Origin: Prevotella sp.
Lineage (GTDB): Bacteria; Bacteroidota; Bacteroidia; Bacteroidales; Dysgonomonadaceae
Length of the DNA: 15,081 nt
Assembly: GCA_031285625.1 (NCBI GenBank)
Contig: JAITVV010000066.1
Location: 1-15,081 of the forward strand
Reading direction: 5' to 3'
Shown: one piece after another, positions 1 to 9,062 of the stretch
Numbering within the stretch: the first letter of the stretch is position 1
Layout of the letters: each line of letters starts with the position of its first letter
Notes under the pieces: model-generated
Databases searched by the model: none
What the model saw: only the letters and a program-made list of their open reading frames with translations
What the model was told of the DNA's origin: nothing
Program-made: the position numbers and the translations under genes

Positions 1-117
1 TTTTGTTACTTCTAACAAAAATAGAGATTTGAAATGTACACGTAAAAAAAACGAATATTATTAATTGCATATCAAATAATTACATCGCTTGTTAATGTTT
101 TTTAGTGGACACTAGTG
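1..117 (-). mobile_element. Probable end of an insertion sequence (IS4-family-like terminal inverted repeat), continuing beyond the window edge
   Basis: GH35 homology stops abruptly after ENMGRINY. The minus strand then reads CACTAGTGTCCACTAAAAAAAC, which from memory resembles the CAYTAGTGTCC ends of Bacteroidota IS4 (DUF4372-type) elements. AT-rich non-coding DNA follows, with an inward TAnnTTTG (16-23) and an 8-bp inverted repeat (1-20). No transposase is visible. Confidence 0.55.
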
Positions 118-1553
118 TAGTTGATACGCCCCATATTCTCCACCAGTATTTCCAGTGTACTGTTAAACGGGATATCAATATCCATTGTGTATTTATTAAA
201 GTAGCGGTTCAGCTCCCCGGCCTTTTCATCATTTGCATATACAGTGGCATAGTCACGCAGTCCCTTTATCTCTAATGTCCCGCTTATCGGCTGGTTAAAG
301 TGTTTGCGGTATAAAACATATCCATACCCCTGGTTCAGTTGCTCAAAGGTCAGCGGGGTATTATTTTCTGTTGTCTTAAAGTCCATGCCTTCCAGGGTCG
401 CTACCTTGTCAAGCCTTATAGACGGAATCTCTATCAGGTCAATAGCGGAAGGAGCCTCCGGTAAAGTGTAATCTACATATTTTTGGATAACATTACGCAG
501 TGAATCGAACTTGGGGGTAACCCATCCGGCTTCACTGACTGGTGCATCATAATCATAACTGGTCAGGTCGGGTTGTATATCATGCTTCTTATCATAGTTG
601 GCACCACTTGTAAATCCGAAGTTAGTACCGCCATGAACCATATAATAGTTGATAGATACGTCATTCTGAAGGTATTTTTCTGTCTGGCGGGCAACACTTG
701 CCGCGCTTACCCGGGGATGGGGCTCCACCCAGTGTGCAAGCCAGCCCGGATAAAACTCGGCAACCATGTAGGGCCCTTGGCCTCCGTTGTACCGGTTCAC
801 CACTTTTTTCAGGTTATCGATATTACTTTCACCGTTTGCAGTAGGAAGAGCGCCCGGTACAGCCCCGCCTTCAAACAGCCAGCTGCCGTCGGATGTAAAA
901 GAAGGGATATCAAAGCCTGCTGTTTTCAGTTGCTGTACAATCTTCGCGTTATAACGGCGGTGTTCTTCAAGGGGAATATCTTTCCGCTGGGAGACATAGG
1001 AACCGAATTCATTCTCGGCCTGTACCATAATAACAGGGCCGCCTTTGGTTATTTGTAAGTTGCCTATCTCCTGATACAATCTGTTTATATATAGTTGAGT
1101 ATATTTCAGGAATTGCTCATTGTCGCGCCGCAGTTCCATTCCTTCTATATTCTGGAGCCACCATGGATATCCTCCGAATTCCCATTCGGCACATACATAA
1201 GGCCCGGGGCGCAGGATAACCATAAGGCCTTCTTCACCGGCAATCTTAATATATTCTGCCAGGTTTTTATCTCCTGTAAAATCCCATTTGCCCAGTTCGG
1301 GTTCGTGGGCATTCCAGAATACATAGGTGGCTACCGCGTTCAGTCCCATTGCTTTCAGCATTTGCATACGGTGACGCCAGTACTGGTGAGGGATACGCGG
1401 ATAATGCATTTCTCCCGATATAATGCGGACAGGCTTTCCATCGTAGACAAAATCCCCGCCTTTAATTTCAAAGGTATGCTTGTCCTGGGATTGGACGGCT
1501 ACAGGAGATAATAAAAACAATAGTAATAACAGTAAATAGTTTCTCTTGGTCAT
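102..1553 (-). pseudogene. GH35 beta-galactosidase, 3'-truncated by an insertion
   Basis: Signal peptide and GH35 motifs SGEMHYPR, RPGPYVCAEWEFGGYP, QAENEFG (acid/base), AEFYPGW (nucleophile), YMVHGGTNFG and TSYDYDAP. It ends at ENMGRINY plus TSVH*; family members normally continue through further beta-sandwich domains. Confidence 0.85.
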
Positions 1554-1932
1554 AATGGTATTTTGATATAAGTTTGAATTTAAAAGAGATTATCACCTGA
1601 ATTAAATAGAAGATAATCCCTTATGTGATGCTGGAATGTGGATAAATGGAATCTGGTTAAGGATCAATCGGTAAGCAGGGTAAAAAAGAGTAACAGGTCG
1701 ATTCGGGAATAACCGGATAACCTTATTCTACTTTATTTTTCATAAATTCAAATAGCTCTTTTCATAAAGTTAGACGTTTTTTCTGAGTTACAAACATTTT
1801 CAGTCCGCTTTTTTTATTTAAATATATACCATTTACTCAAAAGAATTCCTCGAAACTCGCTGGGGTTGTTCATTAATACCCTACTTTATTTTACCGTTAG
1901 CGTTTATCCTGTACCGTAACCTGCCTGTAAAA

Positions 1933-3564
1933 TTAATCCGGATAGAGAGGTAGCCGGTATACCCTGTGAAATCCTCCAGCATTCTCCAGTTCGAGACGGA
2001 AGACCACTTCATTGGAGGCCGGGTCTATTTCGAGGATGCAAGAACCGCTTTTTCCGTTGCTCAGGGTAGCTCCTTCCGAAGAACCAAACAAGATGTGTCT
2101 CGTTTGCGGCAGATAGCCGGCATTGGAACGAGACGAGGCATAATACTCGGGCATGTCCTTGCCGTAATCCCACACTTGGCGGACAGTCATGTTCGCTTCA
2201 TCTATTTCGTAGATCACAGCACGACTGTAAGGTATCTGCAGATTGTTACGGATAAAGTTACGCGCCAATCCATTGTCAAACACCAAAATGCGATGCAGCA
2301 TGCCGTTGCTGCCTTCGTCCGGCAGTACTATCGGAGCATGCGGCCCCCATGCCCAGTCGAAATCATCGAGGTGTACCGCACCTTCTACTACGGCGGGATC
2401 GGTAATCACGTTACCATCACCATCCAGTGGAGTAAGCAAATACGGTTGATATTGCTCACGCCAGCCCCTGTGGGGAGCGAGTATCCACATCAATTCGCCG
2501 GACGGCTTAAACTTAAAGATACCTTGGTAGCGTGAACAGGATATATAGTTTTCCCCCCAATCGGCGATGGCATTGTTGTGTGCCCAGTTGGAGGGAGACA
2601 TTGCCGCCGGATTCACTCCCAGCACCTTAGCACCGAAACGAGCAGAATCCAACATATTTGCCAAATCCCACTCATGCACGATGGCACCAGTTTCAGGATT
2701 CCATTCCACTATTTGGTCACGGATGCGACGGGTTCCGTTAATACGCTGAGCATCCTGTTGGGTCATACAACTTATCAGATTGCCATTTCCCATTTCTCTG
2801 GTTTCGTGATGAAATTTGTAGCCATCGGTAGTTAGAAAGTCATAAGTCTGCATCACTTCCCCCAAGATATTGACCGTGCGGATGAAACCTCTATTATTAT
2901 CTCCAATAAGCCAGTTGCCGTCTTTCATGCGTGAGAAAGCGGCGTTCATAATGGTGTGCATCATTTCTTCCGAATTTCGCCAGTTGAGCAGGTAGCGGAT
3001 TTCGCCATCGGCATCTACCATATAGGGCATGGAAGTGTCATTGTCGCCATTGGGAGTGTAGAGCATCAAATCCATACCCGGCTCCATGCGGGATACATCA
3101 GCCTTGAGTACACGGCGGACCTGAGGCACATAAGGGATATTGAGCGGACCTACCTGTATCTCTATTAGCGTGTCGCCTTGTTCAATACCCTGCTCGTCAA
3201 GGAATGCCAATTTCACCTGGTTGGTATAGTCGGAATATAGTCCTAACACGTCTATGAACTGTGCTGGTTCGGCGCTGTATGGAAAGAGGTGTTCCTGTGC
3301 CGGGGTTATGGCATTAGGTTTCGGCAAAACGGTGGCACGTATGGACATACCGCCCGAAGTATTGACCCGAATCCGTGCTGCCAGTGGGCAGAATCCGCTC
3401 GGGTCGACGGTAACGGAGGCAACAGCGGCAGTGAGGGCGGGAGTACCGGTTTGCGGCGTCGGGAGTGTAGGGATATCATCGTCGCTGCAAGCGACAACGG
3501 TAAGGAAACTCACCAACAACAGAATAAAGCTATACAAGCATTGTTTAAAAATCAGTTTTTTCAT
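1933..3564 (-). CDS. Arylsulfate sulfotransferase (ASST family) lipoprotein with N-terminal Ig-like domain
   Basis: Lipobox VVAC followed by SDDD. N-domain motifs DPSGFCPLAA and VLGLYSDYTNQV. ASST motifs FHHE, WAHNNAI, SRYQG, WGPHAP, FDNG, YSRAV and C-terminal HRVYRLPLYP. Confidence 0.85.
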   Translation of the reverse strand: MKKLIFKQCLYSFILLLVSFLTVVACSDDDIPTLPTPQTGTPALTAAVASVTVDPSGFCPLAARIRVNTSGGMSIRATVLPKPNAITPAQEHLFPYSAEPAQFIDVLGLYSDYTNQVKLAFLDEQGIEQGDTLIEIQVGPLNIPYVPQVRRVLKADVSRMEPGMDLMLYTPNGDNDTSMPYMVDADGEIRYLLNWRNSEEMMHTIMNAAFSRMKDGNWLIGDNNRGFIRTVNILGEVMQTYDFLTTDGYKFHHETREMGNGNLISCMTQQDAQRINGTRRIRDQIVEWNPETGAIVHEWDLANMLDSARFGAKVLGVNPAAMSPSNWAHNNAIADWGENYISCSRYQGIFKFKPSGELMWILAPHRGWREQYQPYLLTPLDGDGNVITDPAVVEGAVHLDDFDWAWGPHAPIVLPDEGSNGMLHRILVFDNGLARNFIRNNLQIPYSRAVIYEIDEANMTVRQVWDYGKDMPEYYASSRSNAGYLPQTRHILFGSSEGATLSNGKSGSCILEIDPASNEVVFRLELENAGGFHRVYRLPLYPD

Positions 3565-3590
3565 CGTAAGATTGTACTTAATAATGAAAG

Positions 3591-3612
3591 GTGGGCAGGT
3601 TCACCTGCCCAC
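3591..3612 (-). terminator. Stem-loop between susD and the ASST gene (weak terminator or mRNA-stabilising hairpin)
   Basis: Perfect inverted repeat GTGGGCAGGT-TC-ACCTGCCCAC. On the minus strand it is followed only by CTTTCATT. Confidence 0.65.
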
Positions 3613-3629
3613 TGTCTATTGTAAAAAAA

Positions 3630-5264
3630 TTATTGCCATTCAGGTTTTTGGTCCAATTCTACGTTCGCGTCTACTTCAGCTTGCGGAATAGGCAGGAAGC
3701 GATGCTTAGGCTGGTAGTTGGCCGGACTTTGACCGGCATCCTTAGTTTCTACGAGATAGTTTTTAAGGGCGCTGTCGTCATACCAGCGGATAAGATCGTA
3801 CCAGCGCAAATTCTCGGCACAGAATTCCAGTAACTTTTGCTTGCGCAGTTCGGTCCAGGCGGCATCCACATCTAAAATCTCTTTGCCTGGCAATCCAGCA
3901 CGCACACGGATACGGTTGATGTCCGCCATGGCGCCACCTACATTATTCGTTTGCAAACAGGCCTCGGCATGAAGGAAAAGAATTTCGGCAAAGCGCATCA
4001 CGCGCAGGTTGTTGTCGCGCGCCTGCTCATTGCCTCCGTACATAGTACATCCGGCAGTAGACCACCAGGCAGCGAATTTCTTGAAGATAAACCGTCCGGG
4101 TACACCACCAATAGGTTCCCACTGCGGAGCAGGGTTTACTTTCGTACCGGCAGCTCCCCACATGGTATCAAAATCGACATCGTTGTACCATGTTTCGTCA
4201 GGCTTCACATCGCCATAGTCGCTGTACTTGAAGTAGCAGGTGGTGTAGAGGCGTTTGTCCCATTTGGTATCGCTACCGGCCGACCGGGGTTCGGATACAA
4301 ATTCGCTGACAAGGTGAGCCGAAGGTTGCATCTTGTACCATCCGCCACCGCTAGGCAATTGCGGACCAAAGAAGTTGGCAAGATTATTTCCCATAAAACC
4401 GTTGACACCTGTCTGGTTACCCCATGTACTGTTTGGGTCGCCAAAGAAACCATAGTCAATTTCGTAAATGGATTCACGGTTAAACTCGGTGGTATTCTTG
4501 AAGTTGTCTTCGTAGTTCTCTGTAAGGTTATAAGTATAGGGAGAAGTCATAATCAACTCGAACTGGGTTTTGGCTTCGGCATACTTGCCTTGCCACAGGT
4601 AAGTCTTACCCAACATGGCGATGGCGGCACCCTTGGTGATACGCCCGTTTTCAGCAGCAGGACGTTCAACAGGTAAAGCTTCGATAGCTGCATTAAAATC
4701 GCTTTCGCATTGTGCCAGTACATCGGCTTGGCTGCTCCAGCCATGTTGTTCAGAGTCGGCCTTTTGCGGCAGGGTACGTATTACAGCGCCACCGTAGTTC
4801 TGTTGCAACAGGAAGTACTGGAATCCGCGCATGAAATAAGCTTCGCCCATCATTTGCTTCAGGGTGGCAGCATCCATATCTACATTGGGAGCCGAATACA
4901 TAAACTCATTAGCTAGCTGTACACCCATGTACAGTTTTGCCCATGGGTCGTCAAGTGTTTCGGGGGTGTTGGTGTAAGTCAGTACCTCCCAGGCAAACCT
5001 TTCTTCGTTCCGGGTAGGAAACAGGTCGTCAGCGCGCATGGAGTTGTTCCATATCCCGCTGTATGCTCCGTAATAACCGTACATTTCATCGCGGATAGGG
5101 TTGTACACAGCCACCAATCCCCGCATTACGTTCTCTTCATTAGTCCAGAAAGTACCATCGGTTTCTTTACTGGGATCGTTGCCCTCGTCTAAAAAACTTT
5201 CACTACATGATGTCGTTAATATCAGGGCAAGCACGAATGCTGTCATATATTTCTTTATATCCAT
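3630..5264 (-). CDS. susD: RagB/SusD family outer-membrane glycan-binding lipoprotein
   Basis: Lipobox LTTSC-SESFLD. Motifs GEAYFMRG, GRITKGAAIAMLGKTYL, MRFAEILFLHAEA, INRIRVRAG, RWYDLIRW and LPIPQAEVDAN. Lies directly downstream of susC. Confidence 0.95.
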   Translation of the reverse strand: MDIKKYMTAFVLALILTTSCSESFLDEGNDPSKETDGTFWTNEENVMRGLVAVYNPIRDEMYGYYGAYSGIWNNSMRADDLFPTRNEERFAWEVLTYTNTPETLDDPWAKLYMGVQLANEFMYSAPNVDMDAATLKQMMGEAYFMRGFQYFLLQQNYGGAVIRTLPQKADSEQHGWSSQADVLAQCESDFNAAIEALPVERPAAENGRITKGAAIAMLGKTYLWQGKYAEAKTQFELIMTSPYTYNLTENYEDNFKNTTEFNRESIYEIDYGFFGDPNSTWGNQTGVNGFMGNNLANFFGPQLPSGGGWYKMQPSAHLVSEFVSEPRSAGSDTKWDKRLYTTCYFKYSDYGDVKPDETWYNDVDFDTMWGAAGTKVNPAPQWEPIGGVPGRFIFKKFAAWWSTAGCTMYGGNEQARDNNLRVMRFAEILFLHAEACLQTNNVGGAMADINRIRVRAGLPGKEILDVDAAWTELRKQKLLEFCAENLRWYDLIRWYDDSALKNYLVETKDAGQSPANYQPKHRFLPIPQAEVDANVELDQKPEWQ

Positions 5265-5289
5265 ATTGCTTAGTATTTGATTATTGAAA

Positions 5290-8200
5290 TTAGAATGTTA
5301 CTTGCAAGCCGAAGGTAATGGTACGCGCCAGCGGATAGCGTCCCATGTCGCAACCACGGCTCATTACTATGTCAGAGCCATCCATTCCGGCGTTAATACC
5401 CAAATCTGGAGTGTAACCAGTGTAGCTTGTCAGCGTAAACAGGTTTTCTATAGCGGTATAGATGCGTACGTTCTGCAGCCGGGCTTTCTGCATCCATATC
5501 TGTGGCAGGGTATAACCCAATTCCAGTGTTTTCAGTCTCAAGAAATTACCACTTTCGAGCCAGCGATCGGTGTAGGCCCACTCAGTACCGTTGTTATCGG
5601 TATTGGTAGAGGGATCGCCGGTGGTACCTATGAATCGTGGAATGTCAGTACCGGTATTGTCGGGACGCCACGAATCTGCTACATCGGTGAAGAAATTTAC
5701 CACACCTTCTTGTTTAGCATTGGAGTACGGCAGAGCATTGAAGATCTTGTTTCCGAATTGCCCATCGAAGAACACGTGTAGGTCGAGGCCTTTCCATGCA
5801 GCACTCAGGTTGATGCCGAGGCTGGTTTTAGGCAGAGCCGTACCGGCATATTGACGGTCGGTACCGTCAATCTTGCCATCGCCATTGGCATCAATATACT
5901 TCAGGTCGCCGGGAACAGCGTTAGGCTGAATCAGTCCGCCGTCCTTATTCTTATAAGCGTCAATCTCTGCCTGGTTTTGGAAGATGCCTTCGCTCTTAAT
6001 CAACCAGAAACTTCCGATAGGATATCCCAACTTGGCATAAGTAACTGCTCCTCCGGCGTTTGGATTAAAACCCTCCCACTCAGTGCGTTCGCCGATAGTA
6101 ACTTTGGTTAATTCGTTGCTCAGGAAAGTGGCGTTGACACCAACGTTGTAGCTGAAATCGCCCACATCGTCACGCCAGTTCAATGATAGTTCCAGACCCT
6201 TATTGGTTACGTCTCCGGCGTTAAGGGTCGGCATTCCGCTCAGACCGAAGCTGGTAGGTTGCGGAATAGCAAGCAACATGTCGGTAGTCTTCTGAATAAA
6301 GTAGTCGGCAGTCAAGGTAAACTTGTTGTTCCACATTCCGTAGTCGATACCTATATTCAGTGTTTTGGATTTTTCCCAAGTAGTATTCTGCGGGCTTACC
6401 CAACTGACACCGGTGATAGAACCGTTGACCCAAGTATTTCCAAATACGCCATTGTATCCCAGCATCGGAGCCGACTGTGTAGCGTAGCGGCCGATACCAT
6501 TCAGGTTACCCAGTACACCGTAGCCCACGCGTAGCTTGAGTTGATTGATTGTTTTGTTCATTGAGTCGAAAAACTCTTCGTTGGCTATATTCCAACCTAT
6601 CGAGGCAGATGGGAAACTACCCCATTTGTGTCCATCGGCAAATTTGGACGAACCATCGCGGCGAATAGATACACTTGCCAGATAACGATCGCCGTAAGAG
6701 TACATGGCGCGTGCAAACATGGACAGCAAAGATTCTTTCCATGCTCCACCACCTGCTATCATTCGGCTGGCGTCACCCACACCTATCACATGCAGGCCGT
6801 CGGGCATATCTCTGGCTCCGGCACTGAAGTTACGAAAGTTGGTACGTTGAGCCGAATAACCGGCTAATACATTAATGGAGTTCAGTCCAAAGGTGTTGTC
6901 GTAATTCAGGGTATTTTCTATAAGCCAGTCGTCTTGCCAAGCTGTATTTTCATCGAGTTGCGAAGTAAGATTTTGGGATTGCGAACTGACGTAATAAGGT
7001 ACAATATCGCTGTAATTGCGATAGGTATAACGATTGACCCCGACATTGAACTTGTATTTCAATCCCTTGAGGAACAGATCCGCTTCGACCCACGCGTTTA
7101 GCATCAGGTCTACATTGTGGCGTTTATTGTCGTGCGCCTCCAATTCGGCTACAGGATTGGTCGCAGTTTTCGCCCATGCGGGAGTCATACCCCAATGTCC
7201 CGGAAAATCGGGATGATTGTAGTCATATACCGACTGCATAGGTACTATATTAGGCAGTGCGGAAGTTCCATAGTTATCATAGTCGGTACGGCTCATTCGG
7301 ATAGCGAACGTGTTACCCAGCCTCACGTGATTGTCGAAGAAAGAGAACGTATTTTTGGTACGCAAATTCCATCCTTCGTATCCTGATGTCTTCATAATAC
7401 CGTCCTGCTTGGTGTAGCTGCCCGATACATTGAAAGTGGCCGTTTTACTGCCTCCCAATACGTTAAGGTTAATTTTGCTGATAAATGCTTGGTTAAACAC
7501 TTCATCCTGCCAGTCAGTACCTTTACCGTTCCAGCCGGTCAATTCGCTAGCGTCTTGCGCTATGTTGTACTGTTTGGCAAAGTCGCGAAACTGGTTTCCG
7601 TCCATTAGGCTCAACCTCTTGGCTACGTTCTGCACGCCGGCGTAGGCATCTACCGTAACGCGGGTAGGCGATTCCCTTAGTCCTCCCTTGGTGGTGATAA
7701 GGATAACGCCATTAGCTGCGCGCGAACCGTAGATAGCAGCAGCCGAAGCGTCTTTCAGCACCTCTATGGATTGAATGTCGGATGGGTCTACCATGTTGAT
7801 GTCGCCATATACACCGTCAATTACATAGAGCGGAGTAGTAGAACTCAAAGAGTTGATACCACGTATATTGATGCTCATGCTTTGTCCCGGCTGGCCGGTA
7901 GTGCTTGACACTGTAACACCGGCTACCCGTCCTTGAAGCGCTGATGCCGCGCTACGTGCCACGTTGGCCTGCAAATCTTTGCCGGAAATAGAAGCGACAG
8001 CACCTGTGAGATGGCTCTTTTTTGCCGTACCATAACCGATAACGACTATCTCGTCCAAAAGCATTTCATCCTCAATCAGTGTTATGTCCAGTGTTGTATC
8101 ATCTCCTAACAGTATTTCTTGCGAAACAAAGCCCATGTATGAAATGACCAGTGTGGAACCGGGCGAAACATCAATGGAAAAATCCCCGTCTATATCGGTC

Positions 8201-8643
8201 ACGGTACCTATGGCCGTATTGCCTTTTACCGTAATACTCGCGCCTATAATAGGTTCTCCTTTGTTGTCAATGACCACGCCTGTGTAATTCCTCAAAGGAA
8301 CTTGCCGGGGTACTGTTATAATTATAATCCGGTTGCCTTCGATCCTGTAGGTTGCACCTGTACCGTTGAGTAGGAGTTCCATGGCTTCAGGCAGAAGTTT
8401 GTCCATTATATTAATATCGACGGCTTGTTTCGTATTGATGACCGATTCATTATAAGCGACTGTCATCTTTGTCTGTTTTTCTATTTCCTCAAAAGCCGAT
8501 AATATGGTTGTCCGGCCCGGAGGTAATGTAATTTTTTGGCTCTGTGCATTCAGGTTCAGTGAGCCCAAGAGTAAAATAAAAAGAAAAATGCTTCTTAATA
8601 AATTAACCCACTGTTTACTTAATGAATGATTCGATATTTTCAT
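5290..8643 (-). CDS. susC: SusC/RagA TonB-dependent transporter with N-terminal STN signalling domain (transducer)
   Basis: Signal peptide ending LNA-Q, STN domain, GEPIIGASITVKG, TonB box LDEIVVIGYG, KDASAAAIYGSRAANGVILITTK signature and terminal Phe. The ORF track opens at a TTG at 8688; the ATG at 8643 (or 8652) is the more likely start. Confidence 0.95.
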   Translation of the reverse strand: MKISNHSLSKQWVNLLRSIFLFILLLGSLNLNAQSQKITLPPGRTTILSAFEEIEKQTKMTVAYNESVINTKQAVDINIMDKLLPEAMELLLNGTGATYRIEGNRIIIITVPRQVPLRNYTGVVIDNKGEPIIGASITVKGNTAIGTVTDIDGDFSIDVSPGSTLVISYMGFVSQEILLGDDTTLDITLIEDEMLLDEIVVIGYGTAKKSHLTGAVASISGKDLQANVARSAASALQGRVAGVTVSSTTGQPGQSMSINIRGINSLSSTTPLYVIDGVYGDINMVDPSDIQSIEVLKDASAAAIYGSRAANGVILITTKGGLRESPTRVTVDAYAGVQNVAKRLSLMDGNQFRDFAKQYNIAQDASELTGWNGKGTDWQDEVFNQAFISKINLNVLGGSKTATFNVSGSYTKQDGIMKTSGYEGWNLRTKNTFSFFDNHVRLGNTFAIRMSRTDYDNYGTSALPNIVPMQSVYDYNHPDFPGHWGMTPAWAKTATNPVAELEAHDNKRHNVDLMLNAWVEADLFLKGLKYKFNVGVNRYTYRNYSDIVPYYVSSQSQNLTSQLDENTAWQDDWLIENTLNYDNTFGLNSINVLAGYSAQRTNFRNFSAGARDMPDGLHVIGVGDASRMIAGGGAWKESLLSMFARAMYSYGDRYLASVSIRRDGSSKFADGHKWGSFPSASIGWNIANEEFFDSMNKTINQLKLRVGYGVLGNLNGIGRYATQSAPMLGYNGVFGNTWVNGSITGVSWVSPQNTTWEKSKTLNIGIDYGMWNNKFTLTADYFIQKTTDMLLAIPQPTSFGLSGMPTLNAGDVTNKGLELSLNWRDDVGDFSYNVGVNATFLSNELTKVTIGERTEWEGFNPNAGGAVTYAKLGYPIGSFWLIKSEGIFQNQAEIDAYKNKDGGLIQPNAVPGDLKYIDANGDGKIDGTDRQYAGTALPKTSLGINLSAAWKGLDLHVFFDGQFGNKIFNALPYSNAKQEGVVNFFTDVADSWRPDNTGTDIPRFIGTTGDPSTNTDNNGTEWAYTDRWLESGNFLRLKTLELGYTLPQIWMQKARLQNVRIYTAIENLFTLTSYTGYTPDLGINAGMDGSDIVMSRGCDMGRYPLARTITFGLQVTF

Positions 8644-8656
8644 ATTTTGCATAAAA

Positions 8657-8762
8657 TTTTTTCGGTGAATATTCGTTTGAATTCTCAATTGGTTTAGTTA
8701 AAAGGTTCATCGATTTCAAACCGGAGGAGGTTTGCTTGCCGGCACTTTCCGGTTCTTTTTCA
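8657..8762 (+). ncRNA. Candidate antisense sRNA to the susC leader, copy A (degenerate promoter)
   Basis: Hairpin 8719-8754 followed by CTTTTT. Two stem positions pair as G-U only on the plus strand. The -7 element is one base short (CATATTTTG). Ends are approximate. Confidence 0.45.
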
Positions 8763-8792
8763 TAGCGGTGATTCATTTAAGGTTTAACAAAA

Positions 8793-8963
8793 TTAATATA
8801 TATATTATCATTTTCTATTTTATATTTCAGATAGGATACGGGATATGTCAACGCGACCATAAAATCGGCAGCACACTTTTACTATCGTTCCGTTTTCTAA
8901 TTTCCACTACTTCATTTACCGGACCATATTGCCCTCGATCCAGACGATAATATTCTTTATTTT
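8793..8963 (-). pseudogene. Decayed remnant of a fecR 3' end
   Basis: Translates in broken frames as KIKNIIVWIEGNMV / PVNEVVEI / AADFMVALTYPVSYLKYKIENDNIYI. The intact FecR reads KIENVIAWINGNMV / PVNEVIKI / VADFMTVLKYLIPSLKYKIENDNIFIY. Confidence 0.9.
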
Positions 8964-9008
8964 ATCTTATTCCAGATTCATATAAAAATGAAAGTATCCT
9001 TTCAAGTA

Positions 9009-9040
9009 CCGGTAGCCTTGATACGGGCTACCGGCCTTTT
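9009..9040. terminator. Hairpin downstream of the GH30 gene
   Basis: CCGGTAGCC-N8-GGCTACCGG. The T-tract lies on the plus-strand side, not the sense side. Confidence 0.55.
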
Positions 9041-9062
9041 ATTGATAAAAGTATTTTACGAC

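Larger units (their letters stand above)
8481..8963. repeat. Diverged direct repeat, copy A (intact susC 5' end + intergenic + decayed fecR 3' end)
   Basis: Aligns with 12248-12802. Segment 8660-8727 matches 12423-12490 at 63/68 nt ungapped, including 33 consecutive identical nt. Confidence 0.93.

Noticed and set aside
1554-1932. 379-nt ASST-GH35 spacer with an imperfect inverted repeat (GATTATC...GATAATC, ~1588-1618) and possible gene debris
   Set aside because: No convincing promoter, ORF or structure could be supported.
573-8287. Many plus-strand and alternate-frame ORFs (60-241 aa) overlapping GH35, ASST, susD and susC
   Set aside because: They are shadows of well-supported genes and show no recognisable motifs.
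8732-8950. 72-aa plus-strand ORF in the susC-GH30 spacer
   Set aside because: It has a TTG start and is the antisense of the fecR remnant and hairpin, which explain the sequence.
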